Shown: piece by piece, positions 9,725 to 17,517 of the stretch | Layout: each line of letters starts with the position of its first letter | How positions within the stretch are numbered: position 1 is the stretch's first letter | Source of the DNA: a virus | Reading direction: 5' to 3' (one strand) | UHGV virus genome: UHGV-0474209 | Length of the DNA: 41,825 bases | Program-made: the position numbers and the translations under genes | The notes under the pieces: model-generated | Told to the model about the DNA's origin: nothing | Database searches by the model: none | What the model saw: the letters and a program-made list of their open reading frames with translations, nothing else

Positions 9725-10759
9725 ATGGCTTATGAAAAGCAAAATTGGATTTCGTATGATGACAATAAAACAGAAGAGCAAAATATTCAGGACGGTGCGG
9801 TTGTTACTGCCGAAAGAATGAATCATTTGGAGACAGGGTTAGACGAACACGATAAAAATACTACTAATCCGCACAAGGTAAATAAAGATCAGGTTGGCTT
9901 AGGTAATGTAACAAATGTGGAGCAAGCTAGTAAAACGGAGTTTAATTCTCACACATCGAATAAAACTAATCCACATGGCGTTACTAAAACACAAGTGGGG
10001 CTAGGAAACGTATCAAATGTGGAGCAAGCCAGTAAAACGGAGTTCAATAGTCATGTTGCTGATAAAACGAATCCGCATTCCGTAACGAAGGCTCAAGTTA
10101 ACCTCGGTAACGTCGACAACTACGCTACTGCCAATCAGACTGATGCGGAACAGGGGCTTGCAGGAAATAAATTTATTACGCCAATGGGTGTAAAGCAGCA
10201 TGTAGATAAGCGTATAGCGACGCAGGAAGAAGTAAACGCAGGGGAAGCAAGGGATAAAATTGTTAGTCCTAAGACGCTTGATAAAAAGTTAGATGATTTA
10301 AATGTATCAGGTGGTTTTGGTGCATTTAACATGAGTGTTTTCAATGGGGAGCAAGGACAAATAACTGGTAGTGGAATTCATGGGAAAGAGGTCAAATCAG
10401 GAACTCAAGTGCTACACATGCGGCCAGATGACCCAGTGGCAGAGAGAGCGTCCAATGGTCGGATTAAAATCCAAAAAGCTGGTACGTATTTATTTATCAT
10501 TCACACGTGGTATCAAATAGGCACACAAACAAATGGTTACCTGTATTTCAATTTGTTAAAGAATGGCTCTCGTGCCGGCAACAATGATCGAGTGACTGGT
10601 CAAGGGGTAGATGCACTCAAGAATAGATGGGACGGCACAGGGCAGTGTGTAAACACAGCGAATGCAGGAGATGAGTTTTCTGTAGGTATTGAAACCAATA
10701 TTACCGGCAGTTTCACGAATGTTGGCACAAAAACTATTACAGTTATCAAATTAGCATAG
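9725..10759 (+). CDS. tail fiber protein with phage-tail-fibre repeats (NPHxVTKxQVGLGNVxN x3)
   Basis: Three tandem 39-aa repeats matching the phage tail fibre repeat motif; distal C-terminal domain. Confidence 0.6.
   Translation: MAYEKQNWISYDDNKTEEQNIQDGAVVTAERMNHLETGLDEHDKNTTNPHKVNKDQVGLGNVTNVEQASKTEFNSHTSNKTNPHGVTKTQVGLGNVSNVEQASKTEFNSHVADKTNPHSVTKAQVNLGNVDNYATANQTDAEQGLAGNKFITPMGVKQHVDKRIATQEEVNAGEARDKIVSPKTLDKKLDDLNVSGGFGAFNMSVFNGEQGQITGSGIHGKEVKSGTQVLHMRPDDPVAERASNGRIKIQKAGTYLFIIHTWYQIGTQTNGYLYFNLLKNGSRAGNNDRVTGQGVDALKNRWDGTGQCVNTANAGDEFSVGIETNITGSFTNVGTKTITVIKLA
9866..10160 (+). repeat. tandem direct repeats, 117 nt x2 plus partial third copy, inside tail fiber gene
   Basis: Near-identical DNA copies ...aatgtggagcaagc(t/c)agtaaaacggagtt(t/c)aat... 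Confidence 0.7.
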
Positions 10760-10776
10760 ATAAATAAGCAACGATT

Positions 10777-10802
10777 TAGCACACTTTCGAGTGTGCTTTT
10801 TC
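10777..10802 (+). terminator. rho-independent terminator after tail fiber gene
   Basis: AGCACAC-TTTCG-AGTGTGCT stem followed by TTTTTC. Confidence 0.5.
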
Positions 10803-10829
10803 AATTATTGAAAAGAAGGCGGAAGGCAT

Positions 10830-11168
10830 GTGTTAGAAAAATTTCTGGAAATTAACAGTTTCTTGATGGCAATTGGATTAGGGGGATTCTTAAAGATTTT
10901 CCACAATATTTATAAAGCGGTCAAGGGAAATAAGGATCAAACGGAAAATAGATTCAAACGTTTGGAATATGCGAATGTAGCCATTCTGCATGACAAAATT
11001 TATAAGCAATGCTCCGAATTTTTGGAGCAGGGTTGGATTTCTATAGATGATCTCGAAAACTTAGAGTATTTATGGCGTGGTTATCGGGAACTTGGCGGTA
11101 ACGGAACTGGCGAAACACTGTATAAAAAAGTGTTGGATTTGCCGAATAAACTAAAGGAGGAAAACTAA
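10830..11168 (+). CDS. membrane protein upstream of holin (112 aa, N-terminal TM; GTG start)
   Basis: ORF with one N-terminal hydrophobic helix; position in lysis cassette. Confidence 0.4.
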   Translation: MLEKFLEINSFLMAIGLGGFLKIFHNIYKAVKGNKDQTENRFKRLEYANVAILHDKIYKQCSEFLEQGWISIDDLENLEYLWRGYRELGGNGTGETLYKKVLDLPNKLKEEN

Positions 11169-11170
11169 TT

Positions 11171-11440
11171 ATGGATTTATCATTTATCACAGAAAATTTC
11201 GTACCAGTGATTGTGGTGGCGTGTTTAATTGTGGGGCATGTAATTAAGGTGACGCCACTATTCAATAAAGTAGCGAATGCTTATATCCCTTTGATTGTAG
11301 CAGCGTTAGGAGCGATTCTGGGCGGTGTCATGACCGGCGTAGGCGTTGAGTCAATCGTTTATGGAGCGGTGAGTGGTCTAGCTTCTACAGGCTTGCATCA
11401 AATGTTTTCGAAATTATTGAATTTAGGAGGAAATGAATAG
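11171..11440 (+). CDS. holin (89 aa, phage_holin_1-like, two-three TM helices)
   Basis: Small hydrophobic protein MDLSFITENFVPVIVVACLIVG..., charged C-terminus, immediately upstream of endolysin. Confidence 0.7.
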   Translation: MDLSFITENFVPVIVVACLIVGHVIKVTPLFNKVANAYIPLIVAALGAILGGVMTGVGVESIVYGAVSGLASTGLHQMFSKLLNLGGNE

Positions 11441-11557
11441 CATGGATATGAAAAAAGCGAAAGAAGCATATGAAAAGTCGAATGATAAAAATGTTGGTTT
11501 GCAACCTCAACCAAAAGAAATTGAAAATATCAAAGAAGAAAAAGAGGAGAAAAAATA

Positions 11558-12571
11558 ATGGCTATTAATATCGAAACTGGTTTAGCTGTCGTTCAAAAAT
11601 TTGTAAATAATTGCTACTACAGCATGTATGGTTCTCGTTATTACACAGATGGTACATGTGACTGTTCAGGCTCTGTTTATCGTATTTTACGTGAATCTGG
11701 TGGTTTTAACTATGGATATATTCCTAACACTGAAACGCTACATGACTATCTTCTAAAGCTAGGGTATGAAAAGATCGCAGAAAATACAGACTTTCCAATG
11801 CAACGCGGCGATGTAATTATTTGGGGGAAAAAGGGTTACTCTGCAGGGGCAGGCGGTCATACAGGCGTAGCACTAGATAATCAAAACTGGATTGAATGCA
11901 CTGGTTGGAAAATGACTACGATCATTGCTAATCACGATCAACGATGGGTGATGGCCGGATGTCCTTATTTTTATGCGTACCGTTTAAAAACTGGAGCATC
12001 TAGCTCAACATCGTCGAATACAGCGACAACAACACCTGCAACTGGAAATAAAAACGGTATCGCGATTGACAACGTGTCGAAAGATCAAGCGGTTAAAATG
12101 GTGCAACGCATTCAAACACGATATGCATGGACTTTATTGCGCGATCAAGTAAAACGAGTGTTGCAGCCGAATAAAGTATATACACTAATTATTGCATGTG
12201 ATAGCAAATGGAAATATGAACATGCCATCAACCGCTTGAAACAAGAGCTAAAGACATATTTACCTGGTTACATTCAAGATAATATCGCTGTTCCTGATGG
12301 TGACAAGCCAATCATTCATATTGAAGCTCGCAATTTGACGGATGCGCAAAGCAAAAAGATGGAAGATCATATGCGCAACTTCCTGAAAGATGTATTGTTG
12401 GATAAACAAACGTATGCAGAAGCTAATAGTTATGGTACTTGGGATGTGCGCGTAAGAGGTGAAGGCTTTAACGATCATGACGCGCCAATTGTGTTGAAGG
12501 AGATTCAAGAAATGGGTAAAGCAAATGACGTGAAGATTGACCCGAGCCATATTAAAGGATTCAAGTATTAA
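11558..12571 (+). CDS. endolysin, Amidase_5 (Pal-like N-acetylmuramoyl-L-alanine amidase) catalytic domain plus C-terminal cell-wall-binding domain
   Basis: N-terminal 150 aa resembles pneumococcal phage Dp-1 Pal amidase (DCSGSVY, SAGAGGHTG, ERWVMAGCPYFYAYRL). Confidence 0.8.
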   Translation: MAINIETGLAVVQKFVNNCYYSMYGSRYYTDGTCDCSGSVYRILRESGGFNYGYIPNTETLHDYLLKLGYEKIAENTDFPMQRGDVIIWGKKGYSAGAGGHTGVALDNQNWIECTGWKMTTIIANHDQRWVMAGCPYFYAYRLKTGASSSTSSNTATTTPATGNKNGIAIDNVSKDQAVKMVQRIQTRYAWTLLRDQVKRVLQPNKVYTLIIACDSKWKYEHAINRLKQELKTYLPGYIQDNIAVPDGDKPIIHIEARNLTDAQSKKMEDHMRNFLKDVLLDKQTYAEANSYGTWDVRVRGEGFNDHDAPIVLKEIQEMGKANDVKIDPSHIKGFKY

Positions 12572-12643
12572 AAAATATTGACCCCGATGGAGTGTGTATG
12601 ATAGTTTTATAGTATCGAAGGTAGCACCTCGATATACCGTAAT

Positions 12644-12685
12644 GACTGACCGATACTAGCTTCTCGGTCAGTCTTTTCATTTTTG
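12644..12685 (+). terminator. strong rho-independent terminator after lysis cassette
   Basis: Perfect 10-bp stem GACTGACCGA/TCGGTCAGTC, 10-nt loop, then TTTTCATTTTT. Confidence 0.65.
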
Positions 12686-12725
12686 AAGCTAAATAGTTGC
12701 TCTAAAACTAGTATACGAATACTAT

Positions 12726-12793
12726 CTAAATAGGGATTCCTGATACAGTATCATTGATAGTAATTTAAGAGACTGTGGGGAAGTTCAGGAATC
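12726..12793. repeat. perfect 13-bp inverted repeat TAGGGATTCCTGA ... TCAGGAATCCCTA with 42-nt spacer
   Basis: Seen directly; lies between lysis terminator and tRNA. Confidence 0.5.
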
Positions 12794-12842
12794 CCTAGTT
12801 TATATTCTAACGCTTTGTATGCGTTTGCACAAATAATTCCTT

Positions 12843-12916
12843 GTACCTTTAGCTCAGTTGGTCAGAGCAGACGGCTCATAACCGTCCGGTCGTAGGTTCG
12901 AGTCCTATGGGGTACA
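12843..12916 (+). tRNA. tRNA with CAU anticodon (Met or, more likely, lysidine-type Ile2-like)
   Basis: Cloverleaf: acceptor GTACCTT/GGGGTAC, D-arm GCTC AGTTGGTCA GAGC, anticodon stem GACGG/CCGTC with loop CTCATAA, T-arm GTAGG TTCGAGT CCTAT; G1-C72 pair argues against initiator; no encoded CCA. Confidence 0.8.
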
Positions 12917-13039
12917 TAATATTGTCAATTTATAAAAAACGAAAACGTTTTTTTGTATGCGATGTGCTTTTCTTTTGATATACGAAATTATTAGGAGTAA
13001 TATGGGGTTAAATGAACTATTATTTAGGGGGAATAACTT

Positions 13040-14014
13040 ATGTGTACGTCCATCACTTATGTTACAAATGATCATTATTTTGGAAGGAATTTTGATTATG
13101 AAATATCTTACAATGAAGTAGTCACTGTTACTCCAAGAAATTATAAATTAGTTTTTCGAAAGGTAAATAATTTGGATAAGCATTATGCAATGATTGGTAT
13201 TGCCGCAGGTATAAGTGACTATCCTCTTTATTATGATGGTACCAATGAAAAGGGTTTGAGTATGGCTGGATTAAATTTTTCTGGGTATGCTGATTATAAA
13301 GAAATACAAGAAGGAAAAGATAATGTATCTCCTTTTGAATTTATTCCTTGGATTTTAGGACAATGTGCAACAGTAGATGAAGCTAAAGATTTATTAATGA
13401 ATATCAATTTAGCAAACATCAATTATAGTGAAGAACTTCCACTATCTCCTTTACACTGGCTATTAGCTGATAAAGAAAAGTCTATTGTGATAGAAAGTAT
13501 GAAAGATGGGCTTCATATATATGATAATCCTGTAGGAGTCCTTACAAATAACCCTTCATTTGATTATCAATTATTTAATTTAAACAATTATCGTGTATTG
13601 TCGAGTGAAACACCTAATAATAATTTTTCAGATCAAATTAGTTTGAACGCTTATAGTCGTGGGATGGGAGGAATAGGTTTGCCTGGAGATTTATCTTCTG
13701 TTTCTCGTTTTGTTAAAGCGACATTTACTAAACTAAACTCATTATCAGGAGATTCAGAATCAGAAAGTATTAGCCAGTTTTTCCATATCTTAGGTTCAGT
13801 AGAACAACAAAAAGGTTTATGTGATGTTGGTGACGGAAAATACGAATATACTATTTATTCTTCTTGTTGTAATGTAGATAAAGGAATTTATTATTATCGT
13901 ACGTATGAAGATAGTCAAATCACAGCCATAGATATGAATAAAGAAGATTTAAATGGTGAGGAATTAATTAGATATCCGATAATGAAAAAACAACAAATAA
14001 AATATGCTAATTAA
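13040..14014 (+). CDS. bsh: choloylglycine hydrolase / bile salt hydrolase (Ntn-hydrolase, N-terminal Cys2 nucleophile)
   Basis: MCTSITY... start; strong resemblance along whole length to Lactobacillus/Enterococcus BSH (YEISYNEVVTVTPRNY, NPVGVLTNNPSFDYQLFNLNNYR, YSRGMGGIGLPGDLSS, QFFHILGSVEQQKGLCDVGDGKYEYTIYSSCCN). Confidence 0.85.
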   Translation: MCTSITYVTNDHYFGRNFDYEISYNEVVTVTPRNYKLVFRKVNNLDKHYAMIGIAAGISDYPLYYDGTNEKGLSMAGLNFSGYADYKEIQEGKDNVSPFEFIPWILGQCATVDEAKDLLMNINLANINYSEELPLSPLHWLLADKEKSIVIESMKDGLHIYDNPVGVLTNNPSFDYQLFNLNNYRVLSSETPNNNFSDQISLNAYSRGMGGIGLPGDLSSVSRFVKATFTKLNSLSGDSESESISQFFHILGSVEQQKGLCDVGDGKYEYTIYSSCCNVDKGIYYYRTYEDSQITAIDMNKEDLNGEELIRYPIMKKQQIKYAN

Positions 14015-14148
14015 TTATTTGGGTATTTTTATTAAAAAGCCGAGAATACTTGTGACTTCAGTCTTGAGAGGTTCAATAAAATGTACTATTAACTAATTAA
14101 TTGTAAAAGCTGATGAATCATTTCCTCAATATTTTTACACCCTTAAAC

Positions 14149-14178
14149 AACGGAGCTCCTCTGGGAGCTTCTTTTTTA
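14149..14178 (+). terminator. rho-independent terminator after bsh
   Basis: GGAGCTCC-TCTG-GGAGCT(TC) hairpin followed by TTTTTT. Confidence 0.5.
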
Positions 14179-14180
14179 CA

Positions 14181-14465
14181 CTATGATTTTCCCGCGATTA
14201 ACACGGTAGCTATATATTGCGATCTTTCGATTATTCCAGCAGAATTTCTGCTTATTCTTATGAAGAAGCAAAATAGAGAATAGGTTTTAATGCTCATTGG
14301 AGCCTTTCTGTTCTGGCGAAAAAATATTAGGTTTCCTTCGTCATCAGGCTTAGCAGTAGTCAGTGGAATAAGGGTACTGCCCATTTGTGTATATATTTCC
14401 TTTGTATTCCTCATGAAAAGGATTCGCAGTTAATCGTTGCAGTAATTCGTCTGCTTTCATTTCAT
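14181..14465 (-). pseudogene. possible decayed gene remnant on minus strand (34-aa N-terminal frame MKADELLQRLTANPFHEEYKGN... then 77-aa ORF in another frame)
   Basis: Two short overlapping minus-strand frames, no convincing RBS; sits between two terminators. Confidence 0.25.
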
Positions 14466-14625
14466 ACCTTCTTCCGTTAAAATCTACTTGATTCAAATTC
14501 TAGCATGATACTTGTCTTGCCGACAACTGAATATCTTCTTACAATATCAGTTCCTGATTTTTAAACACGATTTAATTATAGTATGCAGGCTTATATTAAA
14601 ATTTAATTATAAATAAACAATGTTA

Positions 14626-14654
14626 TTGAGAAACAATAGATAAAACGTTAATAT
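14626..14654 (+). promoter_or_regulatory. sigma-A-type promoter TTGAGA-17-TAATAT for coiled-coil protein gene
   Basis: Hexamers at 14626-14631 and 14649-14654 with 17-nt spacer in AT-rich leader; AAAGGAG RBS before ATG 14703. Confidence 0.45.
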
Positions 14655-14702
14655 ATAAAAGTTGCAATGTCGCTTTTATATATGAAAGGAGAAAATTGAA
14701 TA

Positions 14703-15389
14703 ATGAAAAGGAAAAAATATGTAGTCGTAACACTCATCATTGTAATAGCTTTTATTGGTTTAGCCGGTAAAAATTATGCAGACAGTATTTTAAACTGGGG
14801 TGGGGAACAGAATATTTCTACCATCAATGATAACTTAGATAAGTTGAATGATTCATTATCAGATAAAGAACAGAAAATCATACAATTATCCAATAAATCA
14901 GCAAGTACAGAGGGCCAATTAACTCAATTTCAAAAAGATATTGATAGTTACAAGCAACAGTTAGAAGCTTTGAAAAATGAAAAAAATCAATTAGCTGGAG
15001 AAAAAACTAGTTTAGAATCTCAATTAAATAGTAAAAATGGAGAACTTCAATCTAAACAGCAAGAAATCGCAGATAAATTAAAGGAAATTGAGCAGAAAAA
15101 CCAAGAGATCAATCAGAAAAACCAAGAATTTAATACTAAATTGCAGGATGCACAAAATAAAGCTAATGATTTACAAAATACCATTAATTCACTAAATAAC
15201 CAGATTAACACTTTAAACAGTGAAAAAAATTCTTTGCAAGCAGAACTGGATTCTACTAAACAACAATTAGCAAGTGCAAACAAAGAAAATTCTAATTTAA
15301 AAGCTTATATTGATAAATTAAACAAGGCTAAACAAGATGTAAAAGATACAGCTAACAAGTCTCAACAAATAGTTGATCAACATCAATAA
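14703..15389 (+). CDS. membrane-anchored (N-terminal signal/anchor) extracellular coiled-coil protein, 228 aa, Q/N/K-rich heptads; lysogenic-conversion/exclusion candidate
   Basis: KRKK + hydrophobic helix then ~190 aa of coiled-coil with repeated NQKNQE/LQ motifs; own promoter and terminators. Confidence 0.6.
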   Translation: MKRKKYVVVTLIIVIAFIGLAGKNYADSILNWGGEQNISTINDNLDKLNDSLSDKEQKIIQLSNKSASTEGQLTQFQKDIDSYKQQLEALKNEKNQLAGEKTSLESQLNSKNGELQSKQQEIADKLKEIEQKNQEINQKNQEFNTKLQDAQNKANDLQNTINSLNNQINTLNSEKNSLQAELDSTKQQLASANKENSNLKAYIDKLNKAKQDVKDTANKSQQIVDQHQ

Positions 15390-15496
15390 AAGAGAAAAGA
15401 TTTCTAGCCCACGATAAGTTATTTTCCCATTGCACATGAAACCGTTTCATTGTATACTATTCATATCCTAAAAACATTTTTTTCATTACTTCAGAA

Positions 15497-15530
15497 CGCT
15501 CGAACGACCGGGCGTTCTATTTTTTTGAGT
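15497..15530 (+). terminator. terminator-like hairpin GAACGC...GCGTTC + T-run (first of two similar modules)
   Basis: Hairpin followed by TATTTTTTT. Confidence 0.4.
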
Positions 15531-15610
15531 AAATCTATCTTGTCAAATGTAACCGCTCGCTGTATACTTTAGTCACCAACAACCCTAAAACACTTTTTCA
15601 TAATCCTTGG

Positions 15611-15650
15611 AGCCCTGGAATAATCGGGAGCTCCTTTTTTTTATTGTTTT
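15611..15650 (+). terminator. terminator-like hairpin GGAGCCC...GGGAGCTCC + T9 (second module)
   Basis: Hairpin followed by TTTTTTTTT. Confidence 0.5.
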
Positions 15651-15678
15651 ATGTTGGTAAATTAAAAAGCCCGAAAAA

Positions 15679-15933
15679 TCAGGCTTTTACCATATCAAAT
15701 TCCATCATAATTTTTGTTTTTCCGATCACAGCGTACTTTTTTACAATGAATTGTTTTCTCTTATTATAATCGCCAGCCACTACAACATTCATGCCATCTT
15801 CTACGTCAGCTAGAAAATTCAAAGAGTGACCAGCAATCAAGCAACTAACATCATCTAACTTAAAGAAGACAAGGGGACATTCCGACATCTTTAAAATTTT
15901 AATTTTGATAACTGTTCCTGTTATTGACTGCAT
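15679..15933 (-). CDS. hypothetical protein (84 aa) adjacent to attP region
   Basis: Minus-strand ORF ending at a hairpin AAAGCC-N10-GGCTTT (15664-15690). Confidence 0.4.
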   Translation of the reverse strand: MQSITGTVIKIKILKMSECPLVFFKLDDVSCLIAGHSLNFLADVEDGMNVVVAGDYNKRKQFIVKKYAVIGKTKIMMEFDMVKA

Positions 15934-16044
15934 GCGATCACTCTATTCTAAATTGATAAACTTATTATACGAATGTACGTTCGTATTTTCGAGCGAACAA
16001 AAGATTAAGAATGAAAGGGGCAGAAAAGGGGCAAAAAATCCTAA

Positions 16045-16068
16045 CTAGTTCGTTCTAGCTCGTTTTTT
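16045..16068. repeat. direct repeat copy 1, AAAGGGGCAGAAAAGGGGCAAAAA (2x AAAGGGGCA), putative integrase arm-type site / attP region
   Basis: Identical 24-mer recurs at 16229-16252; immediately 3' of int gene. Confidence 0.5.
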
Positions 16069-16228
16069 ATCGTAATTTAATCGTTGTTAAACGTTGATTT
16101 CAAGCGTTTTTTGACCAGTTTGAACAAGCGGTAAAACAGCCATAATAAAAGATGCTGTAAAATAGTATCGACATTAAACCTGTTGGGGCTGTAAGGCTCT
16201 AGCAGGTTTTTGTTTTGATGCAAGGTTA

Positions 16229-16252
16229 AAAGGGGCAGAAAAGGGGCAAAAA
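16229..16252. repeat. direct repeat copy 2, AAAGGGGCAGAAAAGGGGCAAAAA
   Basis: Identical to 16045-16068. Confidence 0.5.
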
Positions 16253-16264
16253 TAAAAAGAATGG

Positions 16265-17413
16265 CTATAAACCATTCTCTTCTAATTGACTGATTAAATC
16301 AGTTTTCATTTTATCAGTAATGTGAGTATAGATTTTATTTGTAACGTCGGCATCCTCATGGCCTACTCGATCCATAATAGCCTTCAAAGGAGTATTTTGT
16401 TCGGCTAGTAATGACACGTGGGTATGTCTTAGTATGTGAGAGGTTAAACGCTTGTTAATTCCACTTTTTTTACCTGCAGCAGCAAAAGAACGATTGAATG
16501 AACTATTTTGCATAGGCGTACCTGTTCGGGTCACAAAAACGAATCCATCATTATTAAAATCAGATTCGGATAACAGGTCTAGTTTATTTTCCTCAAAAGT
16601 ACGTTTTACTAGCTCAACCGTCCGTTGGGTCAATTGAACATCTCTATTTGATTTCTGGGTCTTAGTTGGTCCTATCGCTTTTTGTTTGTAACCTTTGCTG
16701 TAGTCGATTGTACCTCTAATGTGAACGATATTATTATCCAAGTCAAAATTTCCTTCTCTTAATGCGACTGCTTCGCCAAAGCGAACTCCTGTTAAATACA
16801 TAAATTCAGCTAATCGACCGACACGAAAGGTTGACCGACTTTTATAAAGTTGATCTAGGATCAATTTTACTTCATTTTTTTCAAGGTACTTATCCTCAAT
16901 ACGTTCTATATCTTCTAGGGTTTTCGCTTTAGGGATAATCTCTACGTTTTCAACAGGGTTTTTATAAGCGTAGCCGAGTTTAATCGCATATTTAAATACT
17001 AAGTTAAGATTCGACTTGATATGGGCGATATAAGTCTGAGAATAGTCGAGAGAGGCAAAGAAGTTTTGCAACAATCTTGTATCAATATTTGAAATCAGAA
17101 TGTCTTCGTTTATATTCTTGAAAATAATTTTTCGAATGGCTACATACGTGTTCTTTGAGTTAGGTCTCAAAGATTTAAAATAATTATTTTCCCATTCAGT
17201 ATAAACTTGCTGGAAGGGGACTTTCTCGATTTTCTTTTTAGCCAGTTCATTTTCTATTTTATCATTCAGGATACTTAGCGCTTTATTCCATGCTTGTTTT
17301 GATTGGCTATTTAGTACCACTGATTTTTTCCGAGTCTTTTCAGTATACGGGTCTTTGTAGCGTTCAATAAACTTGAAACGCCCATCTTTCAATGGTTCTA
17401 CCCACATTGTCAT
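16265..17413 (-). CDS. int: tyrosine integrase (phage integrase family)
   Basis: C-terminal catalytic region ...LTSHILRHTHVSLLAEQNTPLKAIMDRVGHEDADVTNKIYTHIT (R..H..R..Y), N-terminal SAM-like domain. Confidence 0.9.
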   Translation of the reverse strand: MTMWVEPLKDGRFKFIERYKDPYTEKTRKKSVVLNSQSKQAWNKALSILNDKIENELAKKKIEKVPFQQVYTEWENNYFKSLRPNSKNTYVAIRKIIFKNINEDILISNIDTRLLQNFFASLDYSQTYIAHIKSNLNLVFKYAIKLGYAYKNPVENVEIIPKAKTLEDIERIEDKYLEKNEVKLILDQLYKSRSTFRVGRLAEFMYLTGVRFGEAVALREGNFDLDNNIVHIRGTIDYSKGYKQKAIGPTKTQKSNRDVQLTQRTVELVKRTFEENKLDLLSESDFNNDGFVFVTRTGTPMQNSSFNRSFAAAGKKSGINKRLTSHILRHTHVSLLAEQNTPLKAIMDRVGHEDADVTNKIYTHITDKMKTDLISQLEENGL

Positions 17414-17517
17414 TTCCTCCTATCATTTGGTATAATAGGCACAACAAAAGAAGCCTATGCCTATAGGCGCTTTATTTTTGCACGATCATACTCTTGCCGG
17501 GGCGGGATCGTGTTTTT

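Noticed and set aside
16452-16637. Plus-strand 61-aa ORF inside the integrase gene
   Set aside because: It is entirely antisense to a well-supported integrase CDS and has no RBS. It is spurious.
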